32,667 bases of DNA from Phoronis australis. Its lineage: Eukaryota; Animalia; Phoronida. Location of the stretch: the NCBI GenBank assembly GCA_002633005.1, contig NMRA01001267.1, positions 1-32,667 of the forward strand. The letters are read 5' to 3'. Under the pieces are notes generated by a model. It was not told the DNA's origin, ran no database searches, and worked only from the letters and a program-made list of their open reading frames with translations. The position numbers and the translations under genes were made by a program. Below, in pieces: positions 24,501-32,667 of the stretch (position 1 is the stretch's first letter; every line of letters begins with the position of its first letter).

Positions 24501-27500
24501 ACCGTGGTTTTAAATAAAATTAGTGGGACTATGAACTGTGGTTTTAAATAAAAGTAGCAGGACTATGAACCGTGGTTTTAAATAAAGGTAGTGGGACTAT
24601 GAACAATGGTTTTAAATAAAAGTAGTGGGACTATGAACCATGGTTTCAAATAAAAACGTCAGCTTTTGTTGTCTTGCTGTGTGAGTTAGTCTTCCTGAAC
24701 CTTAAGCTATTATCACTCTCTAGAACCTAGCCATGAACCATCTTTAGTTTACTGTGCATCATAATTCCAAAAACCTGCTAAACATCTCATGACACTGGAA
24801 ATTTTTTTCTGGATAGTTCAGGACACAAAATGGGAGATGAATGAAATCTTAGTATCATTTTTTGTAAAAGATACTTATCACCAAATTAATGCTTACCATT
24901 TTTCCTGTACAATAACTGTGGACCTTTACAGTAAAGTTAGAAAATCTTGATAACTGAGATGTGCTAATCCTAATAATACAGTTCATTTCGGAATTAGTGA
25001 GACGCAGAAATACAGGAACTCAGTTGTCCCTTGTTTCACCAATTCTCTCAAAACAGTATGCGCTATATTTGTTACTTTACCAGGTTACACGGTTCATACG
25101 AGGCAATCAAGTCTGGTCACATTGCTGATGCGTTTATGGATCTAACTGGAGGCGTCACTGAGTCGTACACATTGCGAGGGAAACGACAGAATGTCCCCAA
25201 GAATGTGGTCAACATTATGTTCAAAGCACTTGAAAGACAGTCTCTGATTGGTTGTGGAATTATTGTAAGTCTATTTTATCGGGCACAGTTGTGTATGTCA
25301 GTATTGTGTCATCAAAAGTTTTATTAAACATGCCTCTTCTGAAGTTAATTTTGTGTGACAATGTAAAACTGAACATTGTTTAAAGTATAAAGAATGCATT
25401 CCAGTCAGGGTTTCAGAAGAGCTATAAGAAGTCTAGTCCCATTTTTTGTTACAATGGGGCTGTATCAAGTGCTCTCTGTGCATGCATTGTCAGGCTTCCC
25501 TCTGTTTATTATCCTGGCTCTGCACCTGCATTCTGCATTATCAAGCAGGTCCTGACTAGGTAATTTGGATAATGCGCATAGTGTAGTCATTCTTGTGTAG
25601 AAAAGTATTATGTTTACTACTGTTTATATCTCGTGTGGATAGATGTATATCCGTTCCGTGCGTTTCAGAAACGAGAAACGGTCTGCACTGCAATTATTTT
25701 CATGCAAACAGGAACATGCAAAATGGAAAATGTGTTGTATGTAAAAGTTTTGATGCTCTTAGTGAGAATGCCCGCATGGTTGATGGGGAAGAAGACTGTC
25801 TCCCCTGACCCTGTTCAGTTATTTTTCAACTGTCGTTCATTTTTGTTAGGGGGATGGGCAGTCAACAGAGACACAGCTTCCGAACGGGTTGGCAACAGCA
25901 CACGCTTACAGTATCACAGATCTGAGAGAGGTTAGTTGCTGTGACTTGGAGAAAGTGGTTAATTCTCTGCACTTAAGTCAGATGCTGATTACAGGTATAT
26001 GTAACTATGTGTTAGCAGTTTATTTACAACTGTAGAAAGGTTGAGGCCTGCTGTGAAAGATGTGTCTGTTTCGTGAAAAGTGACTGAAATCAAAAATTTG
26101 TTGTTAGATTCCCACTTCAAAATTACTGAATAAAGATTTACCCATGTAATTTTTAACATATCAAAATTTTAATGCTTTCAATAACAGTTATGGGTATATT
26201 CTCATAGATTTGCTACTTTTGTTATAGTGACATTGAATTATTAATAGTTATATGGAACGTAAGACTATATATGTGACTTCAGTCTCCAGTCACTTTTTAT
26301 AAAACAGACCCAAGCAGATAAAACAGCTTTTGATTTAGACCACTTAAGTTTCTGAAAAGTTTTAAAACTGGTCTCAACTTCTTTCTTACTCAAATTAAGG
26401 TAGTTTCTAGGCTATGCTCAACACTATAATGATCTGACAAAGTCACTTCTAATCAGAGTAAGGAACACTTTGAAACCAGTTCTGTAATGTTGAGTGGCCT
26501 AAATTAAAAGTTATTTATTTTGACAGCAGAGGGATTATTACAGCTTTAGTGTTACTAGGATTCTCGACAAGTAAAAATGAATAAACAAGATGTATTTAAT
26601 AGTAAATAATGTTACGTTAATTATTCTTTTTCTGACAAAGCCTTTCATCTCTGAAATTCTGATTATTAATTTTAATGACTGAAGGACTTTGCTAGTAATA
26701 TTATTTGCTAAATCATAAATGTAGTTGTACTGAAGTGTGTGCCCCTTTGTTTACTATACTTATTTTATTTTTATTCAATTAATTTTTAATTTTAGTCAAT
26801 AACAATCAATACCTGACATTTGGTCAGTTTTTCAAACACTGTCTTTGTACCAGTAAAGGTTAAGTGTTTCTGCCTGCTGAATTGAACAAACATCTTAGGT
26901 AGGAAGCAATGCAGTTTGTTTTGGTGGCTTATTTTCAGATTCGCCTAATATCTGATAGGGGTGAGATACCCATAACATTAATCAGGATACGTAACCCTTG
27001 GGGGTCAAGGGTGGAGTGGAATGGGCCGTGGAGTGATAGGTCCCTTGAGTGGAACAGTATACCTTCTCAAGACAGACAGGCCATGGGTCTCATATATAGG
27101 GATGATGGCGAATTCTGGTTAGTTGAATAACTGTTATAGTAACACAATCTGTACTATACTTAAACAATGATAGTGTTATCACAAGGCTTTGTGAGCATGG
27201 TGGGCCACCATACTCAAGTGTGAACCTTAGGCGCTCCAATTTGGCCACCACGCTCAAATGGTGAGTCACCTTGCTCTGTTTTTGATTGATTGTCATATCA
27301 GTCTTGACCATACTGTGCTTGTAAGTGGTCTCGACTTGTAAAATGTTAAGCCACTACTGTCACATTTGTCAGTCTGAATTTTACCATTTTATGTGCCCAC
27401 ATATTTATATGCGAGTGCATATTGCCGTCATCTCTGTCTGACCGTCCGGTGTCCGCGGCTGTATCTTCTAAACCCCTTGCAGGATCTTACTGAAATTTGG

Positions 27501-30500
27501 CAGGTGTGTTCCCATGGGATTGACGACAGAGGGCGACGAGTTTCAGACCGACCCGAATACCGCTCTGCCCATTGGTGGCAATTTTAGTTTTTACGTGTGC
27601 CTCTGTATCTTCAAAGGTCCTCAACGGATTTTCATGAAATTTGGCACATAGGCATCTATTAAAAGGGTGACACTATCCTTTTGTTTTCGGATGGATTCGA
27701 GGTATTTTGCGCCACCTAGTGGCCATTTTTACTGTTTTCGAGTCTTGTTTTTTAGCATCCACTCGTCTATCAACCAAACCGCTTTCAGGATAATTGTGAA
27801 AATTTGCATGTATATTTTAACTATGAAGTGGACGGCTGACGATGATTTTCCGACTCGACTACTGTGGCGCCTCCTGTTGGCAGTTTTTTTGCACTCATGG
27901 ATGTATTTCCTAAACTGTTTGCAGGATCTTTACTTCATTTTGCAAGTGTATTTATATGATGTTGACAACGAACAACCACTTTCGGACGGATCTGACCACT
28001 CATGTGCCTCCTAGTGGCAATTTTAGTTTTTTACGTTTACCTCTGTATCTTCAAAGGTGCAAAACAGATTTTCAAAAAAATTTGAGTATAGGCATCTATT
28101 GAAGAGATGATGCTTTGCTCATGTTTTTGGATGGAATGTAGGTATTTTGCGCCACCTAGTGGCCATTTTTGCTGTTTTCAAACCCTGGTCAACCAAATCC
28201 TTCTAGGGATGGTTTTGAAAATTGAAATGTTCTCAGTGTGAAGAGGACGTTTAATGATGGCGACTGACTACTGTGATGCCTCTTAGTGGTAGCTCTGTTT
28301 TGTTTTGAATCCATAGCTGTATTTGGATGGATTGTACGTTTTTGCGCCATCTAATGGCCATTTTTAAGATACAAATAAATAACCACTAAAAGCACACCAT
28401 TTGCGATGCATTCGTGGGCTCATTTCAACGCTCCGCGTTGCTCTTGTTATTAAAATCATTATCGAACTATGATTTTACTATTAACAAAAGATTCATAACC
28501 CAATACACACACCGTGGTGTTTGTTATCTGAAGACCGCAATTGACAACATTCCACCTTTCACACTATGTCCAGTTTTAATCCCTATGAGAACATGTAGTA
28601 ATACTAGTAATACTGGTCTTATTTTTATTAGTAGTTGTATTTACTCCAATGTTTTGAAGCCCTCGTTGAATTGTGGTGTTGTTGTGATGTATTCAATTAA
28701 TAGTCTTTCCCTTATCAAGGAAAGCCTGGACTCCGGAATAGTGGACTAACTGTGCAGTAATTTGTTCACATTTTCAACACTCATAGGATTTCACCATCCC
28801 CAGTAATTTTACTTAATTTTGTTTCTGAAATCGCTTTGCAGTAATTTCGCAGATTTTCTATTAGCGACTGGATTTTACACGCGGTGAATGTTGGTAATTG
28901 TTTTTTCAGGATGGACTTCAAGGATTTTCTGGACAACTTTGATACTCTAGACATTTGCAATTTGACGCCTGATGCTCCTATTGAAACCCCTCGCAAGTGG
29001 ACTGTTATGACAGCGAATGGGTCATGGGTACCTGGTCTCACAGCTGGTGGAAGACCTTTTCTCAGAGGTATTGAAGGCAATATTTTCTTACCCTTTCGAC
29101 CTCTTAGTTGGATTTTTTTACAAATTTTAAGTGCATCTAATTTTTAATTTATTGTATTTTGGTCTTTTGCCTGTTACAAATCTGCAAAAAAATGTTTGGG
29201 TACACTGAATTTGTTTACAAATGCATGAAGAGAGTTACCTCTGGACTCGGGCAAAAATGTGAAATTTACTTGTGTTACTGATAAACCACCTCCAATCATT
29301 GAAATCCTACTTATTGCACGATGTTAGTTTTACGTTTTATTGGCTTAAATTTTTTTTCTGGTTTACTTATTTTCTTACATTGGCGTGAAGGGGGATTCTT
29401 TCTCTTGATTTTGTGAATCTCGAATTTTAGCGTTTTTGCTTTAATTCCATATTAATTTCTTTTTTTAAATGATTCATTTTGATGTCCTTTGTATTTGGTA
29501 TGAAATAAGATGAAATAAGAAAAAATAGGGTATCACTGGCTTTTTAGTTATTTTAGCATAAACAGCATCACAAAAACATGTAATTTGACCTTCTCTAAAG
29601 CTTTCTATTTAAACTTATTTGATCTTTTTGCCAAGACATTGAGTTTAACTACATGTCTGCCTTCAAGTCACCTTGGCAGACATTTAGAGATGTGGCAATG
29701 GCTTCATTACCTTGCTAATAAGCAATTTTGTCTTTTCCTCCTGGCCATTTTGTTTCCTGGATAGGCTGCTTTGCTATTTTTGGAATTATCTTTTAGGAGT
29801 CTCTTCTGTAATGTTGCGAGACTTTTTCTGGTACACCCTTTTTATGCGCCCACATTTTATATGTGGGTGCATATTGCCATCATCTCTGTCTGGGCAGGCG
29901 GGTATCTGGGCGTCCAGCGTCCGTGGCCGTATCGCCTAAACCTCCTTGAAGGATCTTATTAAAATTTGGTAGGTGTGTTCCTATCGGTCTGATGACAGGA
30001 TGACTAGTTTCTGACCCATCCAAATACCACTGTGTCCCTTAGTGGCAATTTTATTTTTATTTTTGTTTGGCTCTATCTTCGGAGTGCCTTGATGGATTTT
30101 CACGAAATTCGGCAAATAGGTTTTTAATGCGGAGGCCATGATGCCAATTTTTTCAAATGGATACTATGGGTCTTACACCACCTTGTGGCCATTTTTGTTA
30201 TTTTCTGGCGTCCGCCTCTCTATCTGCCGCACCGCTCAAAGGATCGTAATGAAAATTTAAAGATGTGTTGCTGATGACAAGGCCACGTTGACTATCGGAC
30301 GGGTCCGACCACTGTGTCACTCCCTAGTGCCGATTTTTTTTTTTTTTGCATCTGCAGCCAAATCTCCTTAGCTCTTTGAAGGATCATATTGAGATTTTAC
30401 AGATGTGTGCCTATAAAGCTGACGACAGATGACCAATAGTAGTTTCGGATCAATTTGAGTATTGATCTGCCCCCTAGTTGCAATATTATTTTTTATGTTT

Positions 30501-32667
30501 TCCTCTGTATCTTTGGAGTTCCTTGATGGATTTGCATGAAATTTATTAGCAAATAGATTTCTAATAAAGCGATGAAGATGTCTTCTTGTTTTTGGATGGA
30601 TTTGGCATATTCTACACCACCTGGTGGCAATTTAAGAAAAATTGAGTAGTTTTTTGACATCTGCCTTGGTATCTGCCAAATTTCTCAAAGGATCATTATG
30701 AAAATTACCATATGCATTTCTGATGAGAACACCATGGCTGACACTGATTTTCTGACATGGTCGACTAGTTTGTGGACCCTTAGTGGCATTTTTTTTGTCT
30801 ATGGCTATAACTCCTTAACTCTAAGGATGATTTATGTCTCTACTGTGAAGAAGACAGCTGATGGTGATTTTTGGACGACTCGGACTACTGTGGCGCCTCC
30901 TAGTGGCATTTTTTTTTTGCATCTTTGGCTGTATCTTCCAAACCCTCTGCAGGGTATTTATGTGAAGTTGACAACGGACAACAAAATTTGGACGGATCCG
31001 ACTACAGTTCTGCCCCTAGTGACAGTTTTATTTTTTCTGTCTACAACTGTATCTCCTTTACCCTTTGCAAAATCTTTGTGAAATTTAGCAGATTTGTTCC
31101 TATGGAGATGACAACAGATGACAGCAGGTTTCAGACCAATCCAACCACAGCTTTGCTCCCTAGTGGCAATTTTATTTTTTACATTTGCCTCTGTAACTTC
31201 AGAGTTCCTTGATGGTTTTTCATGAAGTTTGGCAAACATGTTTCTATTAGGAAGGTGACAGCACCTTTCCTTTTTGTGATGAATTCGACATATTCGACTT
31301 GTAGCCAGTTTAATTATTTTTTATTCTGTCTTTTTTGTTGTCTTCTTCTTTATCTGCCAAACTGCACACAGGATCATTATGAAAATAGACAGATGTGTTT
31401 CTACTGACAAGAGCATGACTGCCATTGATTTTCAAAGGTGTCCAACTACTGTGGTGCCTCCTAGTGACAGTTTTTGCATCTATGGCTGTATCTCCTAACC
31501 ACATTATTTGCAAGATGTTTTTGAAATTTTGCGATAACTGTATTCCTGTTAACTTAACATCAAATGGACAGGTTTGACTACTGATGCGGTTCCCAGTAGC
31601 AGTTTCTTTGTTTGGCGTTTTATCTATGGAGTTCTTTTACAGATTTTCATGGACTTTGGCAAATATTTTGGAGAGATGACACCTTCCCATTTTTGGATGG
31701 GTTCAATATATTCTGTGCCTTCTACTGGCCAATTTTTACAAATAAACACCCCTAGAAGCAACATCGTTTGTGGTGCAGTCGTGGGCGCATTTCAACGTGT
31801 TCCGTTGCTCTTGTTCATATAAGAGATCTGATCACCAACCTTACTTATTCGTGAGAGACATATGTATTTCATATTTAAAAAAAATAATTGCAGGTGGTGT
31901 GGTACACGTTGTACCTGACATGCGCTGGGCGCGCATGTGGGCCTGTTACACTGATCAACTGGAACTATTTTTTGCTTTATTGATATATAGTTAAAATCGA
32001 GCTGAGGAGCTAGAAACTTGACTCAAGGGTTTAGCAGTGTGTCCCAATGGGGCTTGAACCCACGACCTCAAGTAAAGAAGGCGGGCACCTATCACACTAG
32101 GCCACATTGCCTCCTCTATATATTTCATGTTCCTAGCGTATCAGAGTTAATTTTTCAAAATGGCGAGTATTATGCATAGTGAAGGTTAATGAGGACTTGG
32201 AAAATATCTTCAAGTCGTACACTGCATCCTGTGGACGGCCAAAATATCTTTCTGACTGGAATTAAACAGTTTAATATTAGAGTATTGCATGACAGAAATA
32301 ATCATCTCTGCTTGGAACCTACAGTACATGGGAAAAGTAATTAAAGAATACTGTTTGCCCATTATACCAGCCAATTCTGATAACTTCAAAAAATGACTTG
32401 TAATATGTGTCGTGGCGGCAAAATTCTTATAACAGAATGGCTTAGTCTTTGTAATAACTTTCTTGATAATGCAGTTTTGTTCTTCGTCATGAGGTAAGGC
32501 TATTCTGACAACGAATTCGGCTTCTGCCCAGCTGCCATGACAGGGAATTACGGATCATTCTTTCAGAATATTGTAAAATTGTTTTTGTTACGTTAACTTT
32601 ACTCTGCAAAAGTTATTCAACATTTTAGTTCATACGCAGACTCTATTGTGTGTCAGATACTCACTGG
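6353..32667 (+). CDS. CAPN: Classical calpain (Ca2+-dependent cysteine protease, peptidase C2; CalpB/CAPN9-like), 5' part of a multi-exon gene that continues beyond the window
   Basis: Join 6353-6562, 23245-23326, 23924-24179, 25084-25264, 25850-25930, 26939-27117, 28910-29067, 32657-32667 gives 1158 nt (386 codons) with no stop. All introns are GT-AG with matching phases (0,1,2,0,0,2,1). Motifs: LYEDPEFP, WKRP, QGRLGDCW (Cys), [31 protein letters not shown], HAYS (His), RNPWG (Asn), EWNGPWSD, DDGEFWMDF, ICNLTPD, GSW..GLTAGG. The exact orthologue cannot be assigned by eye. Confidence 0.95.
6630..6964. repeat. Small element bounded by ACCATCGCC inverted termini with a hairpin at each end
   Basis: ACCATCGCC at 6630 pairs with GGCGATGGT ending at 6964. 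Left hairpin CATCGCCTCTG/CAGAGGCGATG (6632-6663, 11/11). Right hairpin CATCGCCC..ATGCC-GCA-GGCAT..GGGCGATG (6928-6962). Confidence 0.5.
7238..7359. promoter_or_regulatory. Candidate intronic enhancer: four CACGTG E-boxes plus an AP-1-like site
   Basis: CACGTG at 7239, 7273, 7320 and 7354; TGACTCA at 7324-7330. Confidence 0.4.
9565..9788. mobile_element. MITE with (C)AGGGCTTGGAAT TIRs (hAT-like termini)
   Basis: AGGGCTTGGAAT (9567-9578) is the exact reverse complement of ATTCCAAGCCCT (9776-9787). CATTA flanks both sides (9560-9564, 9789-9793). Internal TTTCCTCT repeats. Confidence 0.65.
11586..11795 (+). mobile_element. Degenerate tRNA-derived SINE
   Basis: A box TGGCTCAGTGG (11593) and B box GTTCAAATCC (11628), followed by a non-tRNA body and an A-rich end. 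The 3' boundary is approximate. Confidence 0.55.
11914..12442. mobile_element. Unclassified MITE with CATAGA(C/T)TATA termini
   Basis: CATAGACTATA and TATAATCTATG are inverted (10/11), with inverted subterminal CAACTCC and GGAGTTG motifs. Confidence 0.5.
16746..16902. mobile_element. Nested MITE with CAG(T/G)GGC(A/G)GAT TIRs, related to the element at 2482-2703
   Basis: CAGTGGCAGATTTAG ... CTGGATCCGCCCCTG. Flanks are ATCTC and ATCTA (4/5). G/C-run-rich subterminal regions. Confidence 0.7.
17613..17892 (+). pseudogene. Putative 5' remnant of the Kolobok accessory gene (KolX-like)
   Basis: ATA (possibly a mutated ATG) then AESREFESDDDYEQELNKYYEETYG..; after a frameshift FYFEPYELDPP..RLS*IKS*CF, then NDECC. 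This acidic leader, FEP motif and remnant W-C/ECC pattern are reminiscent of KolX/P2X7-ballast-like Cys domains. Assignment is by eye. Confidence 0.4.
17893..18188 (-). pseudogene. Frameshifted THAP (C2CH zinc finger) domain, N-terminal remnant of a transposase
   Basis: Two minus frames join: KRCVSGGCSNSSQAENVSVF / PEDTKVAQKWHRFVRRTR..ATLCSAHFEDSCF. This gives the C-x4-C...P...W...C-x2-H-F THAP signature. It stops at 17893 without an AVPTIF box. Confidence 0.85.
20546..21949 (+). mobile_element. Helentron-associated non-autonomous element (DINE-1/HINE-type), copy A, with internal degenerate tandem repeats
   Basis: T-run then subTIR ATGCGCCCAC (20551). About 7-8 irregular 130-260 bp units (GGATGATATCT..GATTTCA.TGAAACTTG..CCTAGTGGC). 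3' subTIR GTGGGTGCAT (21914), a degenerate hairpin and the CTCTTGTT end. It lacks the 5' fold-back seen in copies B and C. Confidence 0.7.
23245..23326 (+). CDS. Calpain exon 2
   Basis: Acceptor TTTTCAG; EIAQNYGSRPELFLDGANRFDVVQGRL-G; donor GTTTGA (phase 1). Confidence 0.93.
23924..24179 (+). CDS. Calpain exon 3 (catalytic Cys, TGT 23929-23931)
   Basis: Acceptor TTCCAG; (G)[49 protein letters not shown]; donor GTGAGT at 24180 (phase 2). Confidence 0.97.
24352..24655. repeat. 34-bp minisatellite, 9 copies, in calpain intron 3
   Basis: Unit AGTGGGA(A/C)TATGAACC(A/G)TGGTTTTAAATAAAAGT starts at 24352, 24386, 24420, 24454, 24488, 24522, 24556, 24590 and 24624, head to tail with no spacers. Confidence 0.97.
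25084..25264 (+). CDS. Calpain exon 4
   Basis: Acceptor TTTACCAG; LHGSYEAIKSGHIADAFMDLTGGVTESY..RQSLIGCGII; donor GTAAGT at 25265 (phase 0). Confidence 0.95.
25850..25930 (+). CDS. Calpain exon 5 (catalytic His, CAC 25901-25903)
   Basis: Acceptor TTTTGTTAG; GDGQSTETQLPNGLATAHAYSITDLRE; donor GTTAGT at 25931. This frame is absent from the ORF track. Confidence 0.92.
26939..27117 (+). CDS. Calpain exon 6 (catalytic Asn, AAC 26993-26995)
   Basis: Acceptor TTTTCAG; IRLISDRGEIPITLIRIRNPWGSRVEWNGPWSDRSLEW..RDDGEF-W; donor GTTAGT at 27118 (phase 2). Confidence 0.96.
27387..28448 (+). mobile_element. Helentron-associated element (DINE-1/HINE-type), copy B
   Basis: T-run, then subTIR ATGTGCCCAC (27391) with a nearby inverted partner, a GTCY-like tract and ~145-bp tandem monomers. 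3' subTIR GTGGGCTCAT (28414), hairpin CAACGC-TCC-GCGTTG (28426-28440) and CTCTTGTT end. Confidence 0.8.
28910..29067 (+). CDS. Calpain exon 7 (end of CysPc, start of domain III)
   Basis: Acceptor TTTTTTCAG; (W)MDFKDFLDNFDTLDICNLTPDAPIETPRKWTVMTANGSWVPGLTAGGRPFLR; donor GTATTG at 29068 (phase 1). Confidence 0.93.
29839..31815 (+). mobile_element. Helentron-associated element (DINE-1/HINE-type), copy C, with about 13 internal monomers
   Basis: T-run; 5' fold-back TATGCGCCCACAT/ATGTGGGTGCATA (29843-29873); GCGTCC tract; ~145-bp monomers; 3' subTIR GTGGGCGCAT (31781-31790, exact reverse complement of 29844-29853); hairpin CAACG-TGTTC-CGTTG; CTCTTGTT end. Confidence 0.85.
32041..32111 (-). repeat. 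tRNA-derived (Pol III A/B box) head
   Basis: Minus strand GGCAATGTGGCCTAGTGTGATAGG...GTCGTGGGTTCAAGCCCCA has A-box-like and B-box-like motifs and a T-arm-like stem. The acceptor stem does not pair. Confidence 0.55.
32657..32667 (+). CDS. Probable start of calpain exon 8 (truncated by the window end)
   Basis: Acceptor TGTGTCAG, then AT ACT CAC TGG. With the phase-1 G from exon 7 this reads D-T-H-W, matching the expected T(F/Y/H)WxNPQ motif of domain III. Only 11 nt are visible. Confidence 0.65.

Noticed and set aside
24352-24655. CRISPR array (34-bp repeats with internal palindrome)
   Set aside because: Units are head to tail with no unique spacers, there are no cas genes, and the array sits in a spliceosomal intron.
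27037-27046. Possible extra splice donor AG|GTCCCT after the WSD motif in exon 6
   Set aside because: Poor donor consensus, and the frame continues uninterrupted with calpain sequence to DDGEFW.
27667-31822. Short ORFs within HINE copies B and C, and at 20869-21413 in copy A
   Set aside because: These are translations of tandem-repeat monomers, not genes.

Overview
This is AT-rich, intron-rich animal genomic DNA, probably from a bilaterian invertebrate; it is not prokaryotic. The main feature is the 5' part of a + strand classical calpain gene. Eight GT-AG coding exons (6353-6562, 23245-23326, 23924-24179, 25084-25264, 25850-25930, 26939-27117, 28910-29067, 32657->end) splice in phase to 386 codons. 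They cover the whole CysPc protease core, with an intact Cys/His/Asn triad, and the start of domain III. Upstream (1-~1400) lies the decayed 3' end of a HERO-like non-LTR retrotransposon with a restriction-like endonuclease. The introns carry many mobile elements: (1) a 3.55 kb Tc2/pogo-type TIR element containing a nested CAG-terminated MITE and an internally deleted Kolobok-like element (convergent THAP and KolX-like remnants); (2) several CAG-terminated MITEs with apparent 5-bp target duplications; (3) tRNA-derived heads; (4) a 34-bp minisatellite; (5) three same-orientation Helentron-associated (DINE-1/HINE-type) elements. The most notable observation is that the HINE internal satellite (~145-bp monomers, ~440-bp trimers) carries a same-orientation CTCF-consensus-like motif in most monomers. 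Intron 1 also has a tight cluster of four E-boxes. All family assignments come from motif recognition by eye, not from database searches.
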